This document shows positions 25,607 to 37,326 of a stretch of 64,000 nt of DNA, piece by piece; within the stretch, counting starts at the first letter, position 1, and every line of letters starts with the position of its first letter. The translations under genes and the position numbers were made by a program. The notes beneath the pieces are model-generated. The model saw nothing but the letters and a program-made list of their open reading frames with translations. It was not told the origin of the DNA and did no database searches. Source of the DNA: Pseudogymnoascus verrucosus (lineage: Eukaryota); the NCBI GenBank assembly GCA_001662655.1, contig KV460238.1; one strand, given 5' to 3'.

Positions 25607-27362
25607 TTACCTGCTTAATGCAATATCATCGATTCTTAGGATCTGGTAAGGGGGTTAGCAAAGGATAGGAGCAGCAGGCGTGGAATCAAATAAACTTACC
25701 ATTTTTACAGTCTCGGACGCCAACTCGATGGCGCTCGTGCTCACCAACAACGGCTGGAGCACGTTCTCGTCACCGATGTCGTTCTTCACACCACCAGACT
25801 TGATGCTGACTCCCGCGTTGACCTCTCCATTGGCATGCTTGTGTCTCAGCTCCGTCACGACCTTGATGCTATTCAACCCCGCGTTCTCCGCAAGAGTTGT
25901 GGGGATGACCTCCATGGCATCCGCAAACGCCTTCCAGCAGATGGCCTCGGTGCCTGTGAGCTGGCGCGCCTGCTTCGCCAGCTGGGTCGCGATCTCGATC
26001 TCTGGGGCGCCACCACCGGCAATAAGAGCCTTCTTCTTGACTAAGCAGCGGATGACGCACAGGGCGTCGTGCAGACTGCGCTCGGCCTCGTCGAGAATCA
26101 GGGAGTTGGCGCCGCGGCAGATGATGGAGACGGTCTTGCCGGCGCTCTTGGTGCCGGTGACCTTTACGATCTTGGAGCCGGAGTTCTGGGCCTCCTCGAT
26201 CAGCTCCGCGTAGCCGAGCTTGTCCTCGGTGAAGGAGTCGATGTCGGCGATTGGCTTGCAGCCGGTGGATTTGCAGATGAACTCGACCTCGTCGCGCTCG
26301 ATGTCCTTGATGGCGAGGATGTTGAGCTTGGCGAGGAAGTGGAGGGCGAGGTCGTTGACGGCGTCGCGGAGGATGGATTTTTGGATGAAAAGAACGTTGC
26401 ACTTCGCCTTCTTGATCTTCTTGACCATGTTCAGGAGGTATGTGCGCTCTTCCTTCAGAATCTTATCCATCTGCCTGTAGTCGTTGACGACGATCTGGTT
26501 CTCCATATCTGGCTTGGGAGGGCTCAGCTGGAACTGGATTAGACCTATCCGTGCCTTCTCCATTCTGATTGGGCCACCGCCGCTCTTGAGAACACCCTGG
26601 GTAAGGACCAGGCCCTCAACCATCTCGCTGTCCTCGATAGTGCCGCCGACCTTCTTGACAACTCTGATGTTCTTCAAGTCAACGTTATCTGCGGTTTTGA
26701 TATCGATGGTCTTGGTCACAGCGTTCACCGCCATCGGGGCAAGGAGGTTGGAGTGTTGTGAAACGATTTTGGAGGACAGGGATGTTGTTGCGGCTTGGAG
26801 GAGGGTAGTTGTGTCGTTGAGGGAAACTGGATGTGACATGTTCGTTAAGATCTGAACTGATGCCTTTGCGGCTCTCTGGAAAGATTCAGCGATCACTGAG
26901 GGGTGGATGCCCTTTCCGAGTAACTTGTCGGCCGCTCCCAACAAGCTTCCGCAGATAACAACCACAGATGTCGTTCCATCTCCAGCCTCAACATCCTGTG
27001 CCGATGAAAGGTCGACCAGCATCTTCGCCGATGGATGCATAACCGACATGCTCTTCAACATTGTGTTTCCGTCGTTTGTGATAATCGTCTCCCCCTTCCC
27101 CGTCTGAATCATCTTATCCATACCCCTTGGTCCAAGGGACGTCCTGACGGCATCGGCGACAGCTTATATATAGTCAGCATAACTTCGGGGCCCTAAAAAG
27201 TGTGCAGCGTACCTCTGGCGGCGACAATGTTGGCGGTGCGCACAGCCATAGGCTTCTCCTTGTCCTGCATATATAATTAGTATTGAACAAGCATACACCA
27301 TGCATGGAGCGTACCTTGAAGGCATTGTTGCTAGAATTAGCCTGGGACGCTGCGAGTGCCAT
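25607..27362 (-). CDS. CCT4: T-complex protein 1 subunit delta (CCT chaperonin)
   Basis: [45 protein letters not shown] and [19 protein letters not shown]; last exon [11 protein letters not shown]. Confidence 0.96.
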
Positions 27363-27679
27363 CTTGTATGTCTATGTGAGGGTATAAGGGGTTATCACAA
27401 GTCGACAGGATAATGGTGGACTGTTCTATAAAACATCGCGTTTAGCTAGTAATCGGTCGCGTTTTCCAAAAGTTCGCCGTAGCCCGCGCTAACCCACATT
27501 TAGATAGCTGCCGCTTACATGAGCAGGGTAGTTGGGTGAGTGAGCTTCGCGAGCCTCGTCAACCTGGCGTCGCCTGGAAACATCGCGGCCCCTACCAAAC
27601 ATCACACATCAACCACCACTTTTAAGACCGGCCCAGATCCTCTACACTTCCATATCACCTCGTCGTATTCCAATTCACC

Positions 27680-29111
27680 ATGCCTACTGCCAAAGGTGCG
27701 GACTGGGAAAAGTACAAGAAGGAGTTCGCGGATGATGAGGTCGAAGAGAAGAAGATCACACCTTTATCTGATGAGTACGTGCAGAACTGATCAATCCAAC
27801 TGGCATTACCATCCTAACATCTAGTGTTTAGGGATATCCAAGTTTTAAAAACGTATGGTGCTGCGCCGTACGCATCAGCGTTAAAGAAGCTAGAGAAGCA
27901 AATCAAAGAGAAGCAGACGAGCGTCAACGACAAGATCGGCGTCAAGGAATCAGATACCGGTCTTGCGCCACCGCATCTCTGGGATGTCGCCGCCGATAGG
28001 CAACGAATGTCGGAGGAGCAGCCTTTACAAGTAGCCAGGTGCACGAAGATTATCCAGGATGAGAAGAACTCTGAGAAGAGCAAATATGTCATCAACGTCA
28101 AGCAAATAGCGAAGTTCGTCGTGCAGCTCGGCGAGCGCGTTTCGCCTACGGATATCGAGGAGGGCATGCGAGTTGGGTAAGTGTTTATCTGAGCTGTTCT
28201 GTCTGTGACTATGGCTAATTTGTATCTACAGTGTCGACCGCAACAAGTACCAGATCCTCCTTCCTTTGCCACCGAAAATCGATGCGAGTGTGACGATGAT
28301 GACAGTGGAGGAGAAGCCGGATGTTACCTACGGAGATGTCGGTGGATGCAAGGAGCAGGTGGAGAAGCTAAGAGAAGTCGTGGAGATGCCATTACTCTCA
28401 CCTGAACGATTCGTCAACCTCGGAATCGACCCGCCAAAGGGAGCATTACTTTACGGCCCCCCTGGTACCGGAAAGACACTCTGCGCCAGAGCCGTGGCGA
28501 ACAGGACAGATGCGACGTTTATCCGTGTTATTGGCTCAGAGTTGGTTCAGAAGTATGTCGGAGAAGGAGCGAGGATGGTCAGAGAGCTATTCGAGATGGC
28601 CCGTACCAAGAAGGCGTGTATCATCTTCTTCGACGAAATCGACGCCATTGGAGGTGCTAGATTCGATGATGGTGCAGGAGGTGACAACGAAGTCCAGAGA
28701 ACTATGCTGGAGCTAATCACACAACTGGACGGTTTCGATGCGAGAGGAAACATCAAGGTCATGTTCGCCACCAACAGGCCATCCACTCTTGATCCGGCCT
28801 TGATGAGACCGGGACGTATTGACAGGAAGATCGAGTTCTCCCTTCCTGATCTTGAGGGCCGTGCCAACATTCTCCGCATTCACGCCAAGAGCATGTCGGT
28901 GGACCGCGATATCCGTTGGGAGCTGATCTCTCGTCTCTGCCCCAACTCGACAGGTGCCGAGCTGAGGTCCGTCTGCACAGAAGCTGGTATGTTCGCTATC
29001 CGCGCACGCAGGAAGGTTGCGACGGAGAAGGACTTCTTGAGCGCGGTGGATAAGGTCATTAAGGGCAATCTCAAGTTCAACTCTACGGCGACGTACATGC
29101 AGTACAACTAG
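27680..29111 (+). CDS. RPT1: 26S proteasome regulatory AAA-ATPase subunit 7
   Basis: ATG at 27680 ([12 protein letters not shown]), two introns. [16 protein letters not shown], Walker A GPPGTGKT, Walker B IIFFDEID; ends STATYMQYN. Confidence 0.97.
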
Positions 29112-29300
29112 ATTAGATTTACGGTAATGGCTTTGGCAAACAGCAAGGTGTACTATATCATGGCGTAGGGGGACTAGGAATTCGACCTTTTCTGATTGCA
29201 GAACTTAAACTCACATCTTTCAATGGCTTCTTCGATATTGTGATTGACCCTTTAGATTGTGTTTTCTTTCGTTATCATGACTTCAATATGGTGCCACGAA

Positions 29301-29492
29301 GGAGTTCCAGGATTCGGACACCGGTGTCAGTCACTAAAATAGTGAGTTCTAGTATTTGGAGTTCCAGTATTCGGATACCGGTGTCAGTCACTAGAATAGT
29401 GAGTTCTAGTATTCGGAGTTCCAGAATTCGGACAGGAGTGTCAGTCACTAAGATAGTGAGTTCTAGACACTGGTGTCCGAATACTAGAACTC
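29301..29492. repeat. 57-bp tandem array (about 3 units) built from palindromes and bounded by 27-bp imperfect inverted repeats; possible MITE/fold-back relic
   Basis: Units at 29301-29357, 29358-29414 and 29415-29466. 29466-29492 is the reverse complement of 29302-29328 with 3 mismatches. Confidence 0.85.
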
Positions 29493-29634
29493 GCCCAGAA
29501 AGACCCCAACGAGGCCCTTGACCGGCTGAATATTTACCCGAGCCGCTGTAGATGCCACCTTGATAGAGACCCTTGGTCGTCATCAAGCTCACAAGGCCCA
29601 ACAAGCTTCATATAGAAAGCCAGTATCTGGCACG

Positions 29635-31525
29635 ATGCGGCGAGATTTGGCAGCACTGATTGCTGCAGTTGGACTGGCATCAGCTAGTCAAACTGTCTTC
29701 AGCATCCACGATGACATCGATGCATTCCCACAGGTATGAATGATACATCAACCATCCGCGCATAGCTAAATACTAAAAGTCCCCATAGTACAGCATAGTC
29801 TTCTCCCCCTCCCCCATCTCCTCCTCCGAAGCAGCAGATCTCCTCGAACCTCCCAAGCCATCAAATGGCGCCGAACCCTCCGCCATCCCTCTCGAATACA
29901 CCCGCCTCCTCCTACACTCCACACCACACCTCTGCTCGATCCCGCGCCCTCCGACGGAAGAGCGCAACCTCACCAGCGAAGCCCTCCACAAAGCCTCTCT
30001 CGCCCTAGAACTCTCGCGCGCCAACACCCACGGCTGGGAGCTTCTCGCCCCGCTGGGCAAATCGTGCCTCTACTACACGTCTGGCTGGTGGTCCTACAAG
30101 TTCTGCTACAACGACTCTATCACCCAATTCCACGCCGCGCCGCCCCAGCCGGGCCGTCCGCAATTCCCACCTGTTCGAGACCCGAGGACGCCACAATTCG
30201 TCCTCGGACGCGCGAAGAAGGTTCCGGGACAGGATTCAAAGACGCATGGGAAGTTCTATGATGACGGGTCCAGCGAGAAGACGGGGGGCGGGAGTGATCT
30301 CGAGCTGAGAGGATCGCAGGAGGAGGATTCGGAGTACTACGAGGATGACGAGATAAAGGGTATCCTGCAGGATAATGGGGATAATCGCTACCTGGCCCAG
30401 AAAATGAAGAGTGGCACCCTCTGTGACCTCACCATGCGCCCTAGAGAGATCGAGATCCAGTACCATTGCCTAGCTACCGGAGTTGATCGGGTCGCTTGGA
30501 TCAAAGAGGTGACGACGTGTTCGTATCTGATGGTTGTGCACACGCCTCGCCTCTGCAAGGACGTTGCTTTTCAACCCCAGCCCCAAGCTGAGACGCTGGA
30601 GATATTGTGTAAGCCCATCATCGGCGAGGAGGACGAGGAGGGCACCATCGGGTCCTCCTCCACTGATTCCGCGCCTCAAGAGCCTGCCGCCAGCGGTGAA
30701 GCAGCGGCAGAGACTAGCAAGAATGCAGCGGATATCCTGAAGAGCCTCGCGAAGGAAAGGGCGAAAGATAAACCCCTGATCATCGGCGGCACAGTAGTAG
30801 GCGGCGGAGAGTACTTCCCCGCCTCCGACCCGCCACTTCTCCAACCACCATCATTCTGGGCCGCGAATACGCGCGCCAACACCAAGAAACCCATCATGAT
30901 CGCCAAGTCCGACACAAAACTAACCCCCAAGGGCGAAAACGCCGCAGCAAAAGCGCCTCCCAGCGCTCCCGACTCCGCGAAGTTAGCAGCTTCTCTCAAT
31001 GCGCGCCTCGAATCCGACGGGGTTGTGACGATTGAGATCCTGGCGCATGGATTGGGGCAGAACGACGGGTATCATATTATGAATGATGAGGATCTGAAGA
31101 AATTGGGGATGTCGGCGAGTGTTGTGGAGGGGTTGGCGGAGACGCTGAGGAGTGCGGCGGGGGAGAATGAGTGGACGCTTGCGTTGGTGGAGGGGGAGGG
31201 GGTGGTGGGGAGGGAGGTTAGGGGGGTGATTGATGCGAAGGGGAAGGAGGAGGGGGGGAAGGAGTGGGCGTGGGAGGATGTGGAGGAGTTGTTGTTTGGG
31301 CAGAAGGTGGAGGATAGGACGGGGGAGATGGGGGCGAAGGTGGGGAAGGAGGAGAAGAAAACAGGGGCGGAGAAGAAGACAGGGACGGAGAAGAAAGCAG
31401 GGACGGAGAAGAAGACAGGGACGGAGAAGAAAACGGGGAAGGAGGGTAAGGCTGAGCGGCAGCAGAAAGGTGGTCAGAAGGAGGAGGAGGGGAGTGAGGA
31501 GGTATACTATAAAGATGAGCTGTAG
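29635..31525 (+). CDS. YOS9: Protein OS-9 homolog (ER lectin, MRH/PRKCSH domain, ERAD)
   Basis: Signal peptide MRRDLAALIAAVGLASA followed by FSIHDDIDAFPQ; intron 29734-29788. CLYYTSGWWSYKFCY, GTLCDLT.RPREIEIQYHC and WIKEVTTCSYLMVVHTPRLC; C-terminal KDEL. Confidence 0.9.
31352..31441 (+). repeat. Coding 18-bp minisatellite (EKKTGx)x5 near the C-terminus of YOS9
   Basis: GAGAAGAARACAGGGRCG-type unit repeated five times. Confidence 0.85.
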
Positions 31526-31718
31526 CCCTTCTACTACGCATAAGGGGACTAAGCCTACGTTTCACAAGGGGAAATAAGAGTAGCAGTGTATAAATATGAT
31601 ATCATGAATTCCAATTCAAGTCTGAAGCTGTGTCTAAAATACAAATTTCCCTATGTTAACTCCACCCATGCCAATCTCTAACGCCATAACCCCCATTCCA
31701 TTCCGAAGATTGCCTGCC

Positions 31719-32861
31719 CTATTGCATCATCCTCTTCCCAATCTCGCTCTGCCATCCCTTAGCGCGCTCAAACCCATTCTGGTGATTCTGATAATCCCTA
31801 AGCGCGTTGTACACCTGCTCCTGGCTGTTCAACACGAATGGTCCGTACTGCACGACCTTCTGATCGAGTGGTAGACCGGCGACGAGGTAGAAGTGTCCTG
31901 GCTCCGTGGCATCTGCCGCTACAGCAGCTGTGACGGTATCACCAGCCTGCTCAAAGACAACATTGTGAAACTGTCCGACTTCCGTCTTCTCCTCGCCGCT
32001 ACCAAAGCTAGTCGTGCCCGCGAGCGTATAAGCGAACGCGTTCCAACCCGCCGGAATCGGCTGCGTAATCTTTCCACCCGGCTGGACCTCAATATCGAAA
32101 ATCCAAACCGGCGTATAAGCCAACTCCTTCACCGAATCGACGCCATGGCTCTGCCCAGAGATGACCTTAATATTGACCTTCCCATCATCCGTCTTGACCT
32201 GCGGAATCTCGCTGGCCCTCAGATCGCGATACCGCGGCTCGCACATCTTCAGTTTCTCGGGCAAGTCGACCCAGAGCTGCATTCCGACCACGGGGGAGCC
32301 GTCAGAGAGCTCGCGCGGCATCTCGGCGTGCATTATGCCGCGGCCGGCGGTCATGAATTGCAGGTCCCCCGCCTCGATGGTGCCTTTGTTGCCGGCGAAG
32401 TCTTCGTGGTCGACGGCGCCGGAGAGGAGGTAGGTGATTGTTTCCTGGCCTCTGTGGGGGTGGTCGGGGAAGCCGGAGCCGGGGGAGCTGGTGAAGTGGT
32501 CTAGCATGAGGAAGGGGCTGAAGTTGCGCAGTTGAGGGGTGCCGATTGAGCGGCGCACTTTGGCGCCTACACCCTCGGATTGCTGGATAGCCAGGAAGGC
32601 TTTGCGGATTGCGCGGGGGACGGACATGGCTTCTGCTTTTGGCTCGCCGTATATTTCAGTAGGAGGAATGACTGGGAGGCCCTCAAAGGAGGTAGAGCCT
32701 GTAGTTTGGGAGTTTGAGGACGACGTGGTGACGGTTGTTTGGTTGTTGTGGTTTCTGTGTAGAAGGTCTGTCAATGGACCGATGCGGGCGAGTATAGTAT
32801 CACTGAATGCGATTGAGATGATTGCGATTGCGGTTGTGAAAATGAACAAGAACAGCTTCAT
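31719..32861 (-). CDS. Pirin (bicupin, iron-binding) with a possible N-terminal signal/anchor extension
   Basis: EGVGAKVRRSIG, SPFLMLDHF, GFPDHPHRGQET, DLQFMTAGRGIMHAEMP, QLWVDLP and YGPFVLN. Intronless. Confidence 0.92.
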   Translation of the reverse strand: MKLFLFIFTTAIAIISIAFSDTILARIGPLTDLLHRNHNNQTTVTTSSSNSQTTGSTSFEGLPVIPPTEIYGEPKAEAMSVPRAIRKAFLAIQQSEGVGAKVRRSIGTPQLRNFSPFLMLDHFTSSPGSGFPDHPHRGQETITYLLSGAVDHEDFAGNKGTIEAGDLQFMTAGRGIMHAEMPRELSDGSPVVGMQLWVDLPEKLKMCEPRYRDLRASEIPQVKTDDGKVNIKVISGQSHGVDSVKELAYTPVWIFDIEVQPGGKITQPIPAGWNAFAYTLAGTTSFGSGEEKTEVGQFHNVVFEQAGDTVTAAVAADATEPGHFYLVAGLPLDQKVVQYGPFVLNSQEQVYNALRDYQNHQNGFERAKGWQSEIGKRMMQ

Positions 32862-33525
32862 CGGGATTGAATGGGAGTTTAAATACCAGAGAGAGAGGGA
32901 GAGCTAGGGAAAAACGAGAATGAGAGAGAAAGTTCGAAAAGATACTATACTCTTATAGGGCTCTTTCAAACATATTATCTCAGCATTACTACAAGACTGG
33001 AATCAGTGTATTCGGAGGTGGTGGGGGCGGCCGGACAGGTAATGTGGGGTACCGAGCTTGATTTGCGATGATGAATCAGCCTTGGGATGGGGACTAAGCG
33101 GTTACATAAGGATTTCAAACTCTCTGAACCGCCAACACGTGATTTCGCACGTGACAGCTGTCGCCTTTTGAGCTCCTGCCTATACTCAATGTTCTTCCAA
33201 ATCATCGAATAAGCTGCTTAGCTTCTCATGGACACACATAGTTTCGCATTTCTAACTCTTTCAAATCTGCTTTCAAAAAATGCTGCCCACGGGGCGCGTT
33301 GCATTGTAGCTAATAATTAACTAAGATAATATAAGGTCTCTCGCTCTCCTAATCCAGAGAGAGCTCAATTTGAGTGAGGATTTATCCAACCATTTCGCCA
33401 GTCCGTCCCTTCCACGTAGATAAACACCCGCTAAATCAAACCCAACCCAATTTCCCTGTCCCGGCCGAAAAACACCTGACCGAGAACCTCAAATGCTCGC
33501 CAAAAAAACTGCTCAGACTCGTACT

Positions 33526-34975
33526 TTAAAGAGCCAAATAGGTCCTCCTCGGATCTGGGCTCCGCGGCGTCGTCTTCTCCATATCCCTAATAACCTTCAC
33601 CACCTCCTCTCTCGTCCCCTTGATCGCCCAGGGCTTCGCGCGAGCCATACCGGAGTGCTCGAAGTCAACGTACTTGAGGCTCGGGTGCGCGCCGTCGACT
33701 AGCTCCTGGATCATGAGGGTGCTCAGGAATACGCCGTTGTTGGCGATGACGGTCTCGAGGTGCTTGAGCTTGCGTAGCTGGTCGATGATGTAGATGTTGT
33801 AGATGGGGCGGAGCTCTTGGGAGTTCCAGGACCAGGATTTGGGGAGGTCGGAGACGTAGATTGTGTCTGTCCATGCGGAGGGCGGGTACTTGTCGTCGAC
33901 GACGAGGAAGTCCTCGGCGAGTTGGATGCGGGAGATGTTGATGGTGCTGTTGCTGTTAGTCTCTTGCTCGAGTTTATTGGTAAGGAGTGTGTCAACTTAC
34001 TTGAGGTACTGGCATGATTGAATGGCGTGGCATAATCCACCGAGTGGGATATCGCGGGAGAGTGCCCAAGCCTCAAGGAACGGGTTCGGCTGAGGATGCT
34101 TCCTGTGTGTCATCCGCCTCCTCGTCGGTCTCCTCTCCGGCACATGCAGTCTCGATCTCCCCTGATAAAGATCATGGTTCCTAAACTTCCACTCCCTCCA
34201 CCCCGCCTCAGGCTGTCTCTCAAACTGCGCAACCTGCGCAAACCCGCTAACATCCAGCACCCTCACCCTATCACCATAGTGTTTATGGTGGCTAACCGTG
34301 TACGCAAACTGCGCAAAGCGGTAGGTCGATGCGAAAAGTGGGGTGTGGTACATCAAGTTCGCCGCAGCCTCCGTCAGAGCCGAATGAACCAGCATGACAT
34401 CGCGCAGCTCCTTCTGCTCAAAGTCCTTGAATATAACACCCAGCACCTCGGTCGGGAGGTTCAGCAGCGTCGGTTTCGGACCCTGCATCCTCCTCCGCGA
34501 GCGGATTGACGAAGCAACCGACCTCACCGACGCCGACGACTGCCTGCGCTTCTGCCTAATCACCACATTGACGCCGTCTACCCGCGCACGCCGAGCCGAC
34601 ATGTTCATCTCCGGCGGTATGAGGGATCTGATGTTCTGTCTCTTTCCCAGCAGGGCTCCTCCTCCATCAACGCCTAGGACGCCTATGGGCGGGCCGACGA
34701 GGCCGCGCGGTCGTGCGGGCCCGTTGCCGTCGACCTGTGCGAGAACGGAGGCATGGGCGCGGAACTTGAGGTTTACGGACGAGGCTCGGTAGGGCGACGA
34801 GGCTGAGAAGACATGGCGCGGCCCGAAGGCGAGAGCGTTGGAGCGCTGCGATACCTGGATCGAGTCGTTATCTCTTCCCCTGGGAATCATAATATGTTAA
34901 TATCCGAATCCTGTCTGTGAGGTTTGGTAGGAAGGGAAGGGAAGTGTGGGGAAACGGGGGGGGGAACACGTACAT
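33526..34975 (-). CDS. F-box-like / RNI-like repeat protein
   Basis: LLNLPTEVLGVIFKDF..ELRDVMLV (F-box-like), LMYHTP.F.STYRF, RVRVLDVS. Introns 33947-34000 and probably 34880-34973. Confidence 0.7.
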
Positions 34976-36967
34976 TTGAGGATTGAAGAATGAGGGGTTG
35001 ATCCGAGTGGTGGTCGATATGATGATGCTAGTCTTCCCGTTGTGGAATCGCCACGGCAATCGGGTTTGGGGCTATGGCAAGAAGGTCCGAAGGTCACGAG
35101 CACACACAGGACAGGACAGTTCAAAGGCTGGATGGTCAAGAGTTTGTAACAACAGTTTTCACTATTCGCGACAGACTCCTAATAAGTAGCGATGAACGTT
35201 ATGATGGTGATGTGTTTGTGATGTATGCGAAGTGATGTGATGTGATGTGGTATAGGTTTACTTTCTATGATCTAGGAGTGAAGCTGGGAGGGGAGAAAGG
35301 ATGGCGCAGACGGGTTTATTATAGGAGCAGGGAGAGGGAGGGAGCAGGGAGGGAGGAGGGAGGCGGCGGCTATGCTCTGTGCACAAAAAGAGGGTGTACT
35401 AGACTCGGTATGTATTCATTCGTACTCCATGCAGGGAGTCTAGAGTTATTTGTGATTTGTGAGGATGAATAGTACCATAATATCCATAATATGTATGTTA
35501 GCACATGTATGCTCACATGTATGCTCACATGTAGCTACGGAGTCGATCACATTTACGACCGACCGGTAACTTACCAATGATCGACCCATATAAACAGATA
35601 GAGCCCAAGCGGGTCCCTGCCGCGACTATCACCTAGCATTACCCATTACCCACCATCCATCCACCATCACTCGCCCCCTCCCATAAAACCCACCATACAC
35701 GAACCACACCATCACGAGTGCCCAGGCTCGTTAAATGTTAGCTATGCACCCTCTATGGATTCTCTATGGATGAAATCTCACCCCAACTCCACCCTCTCGA
35801 TTGCTTTTGGAAGGGGCTGTGCTACACTACACGCCTCCTTCTCCTCATAATGCGAGCGCCAAGCAGTGAGTCAACCGGGCGATAGAAATCGTGGATGCGA
35901 TACACAGTGTATACATACAGCAATACTGTAACGTTAGTCGTGGAGACATCGAGGAGTAGTGGTTTAGTAGCACCATACTAAACCGCAGTTAGTGAACTCT
36001 TTTCTTTGTTGCCTTGTCGCGTGACACAATTATGAACACACACATCCCATAAGTGTTGTGTGGGTTGTTGTATGGGTTGTGTATGGGAATCCAGGCCCTG
36101 CTACAGACCTTGCAAATATTGCCTCCAGTTCGTCATATGATGAAATGTGACGGTATGTCAATATCAGCCATCAGCCATTGTTACAGTACTCCGCACACCG
36201 GACTGTACAGTACGTGCGAACACCGATCACACCGATCATCGGGTTACTGCATCCTATCCCATCATCCCATCTCACCTCCTTTCCTCACCACCCCCATCGC
36301 CCGCTTCAATGTCTCAACCCCCTTCTTCATCTGGTCTTTCCTCCCTCCACCGTCCCCACCTCCCATTTCCGTGGGGGAAAGTCGAGTCGTCGGGGAGCTC
36401 AAAGCGGAACAGCCCGGGCGGGTCGATCAGCATTTGACTTTCCCACACTCCCACATCCACCCACACGCTGGCAGCCTGCCGTACGCTTGCAAGGTAGATC
36501 CCCTCGGCTCTCGCCTCCGCCGTGGCCCTCTCTACTGGGGAGCTATGGGTCCTATAACATTGTCAATTTCCGAACAGACTCTTGGGACGTTGAAAAAAAC
36601 TAGGATTATTTTCTTCCACCTTGCCTGGTTTGGTTAAAAGGAGATGAGATGGGGATCATTGGGACCCGACGGTATGGTCTTTGCGATGGGGAGTTTCTTC
36701 CACGTGGGAAATGCGGATGCGATGATTGAGAAATGTGCGTGTGCTGGTGGTGAACTCGGTTATGCCGTAGTAGCAATGTCGAAAGGGGTCGCCCTGGTGT
36801 GGGATGGGCGCATGTAACGAAGTGGATTTGCAGCGACTTTCGCATGCATAACGAACGGCACCTCCACAGAAGTTGTACGGGGTTGTATGTACGAGTATCA
36901 CATCTGGATAAGTTATTTTAGACTCTCTTGGCTATGGGGATAAATACGCGGCCTCTCCTGAGTATAT

Positions 36968-37064
36968 ATCCGAGGATAATTATGGCTGGGCGTTTGTGAG
37001 GTGCTGAAGTATCTGATCTGAGGATAATTATGGTTATGCGTTTGTGAGCTGGCGGAAGTGTCCG
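36968..37064. repeat. Degenerate 48/49-bp direct tandem duplication
   Basis: ATCYGAGGATAATTATGG...GCGTTTGTGAG..GAAGT at 36968-37015 and 37016-37064. Confidence 0.75.
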
Positions 37065-37326
37065 ATGGCGGTGCCTCCAGCAGCTCTGCCCTGACATCCT
37101 GTCCTGTGCGCTGTACAGCACAGCGTTTGAGGTTGAAGAATAAAATGCTTCACCGCCAGGTTTGGTTAGGGTTCTCAGACACGCAGATGCTACTCTGGTA
37201 GATAAGAACTTGCGTGCAAATCCATAGATATTCTAAGCTTAATCGGGGCAATCAAAATAAAACTGAAACTATCACTGACGATGTTCACCACACTATGCTT
37301 ACAAAGGAAAGCCCGGATAAGTTATC

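Noticed and set aside
29301..29492. CRISPR array interpretation, and the 93-aa/109-aa ORFs crossing the repeat
   Set aside because: The units are contiguous with no unique spacers, there are no cas genes and the host is eukaryotic. The ORFs stay open only because the 57-bp period is a multiple of 3.
2325..32861. An 'iron gene cluster' (KamA, SDH1, ornithine carrier, TspO, ferric reductase, pirin)
   Set aside because: The genes are spread over 30 kb among unrelated housekeeping genes, and only one promoter shows clear SreA-type motifs.
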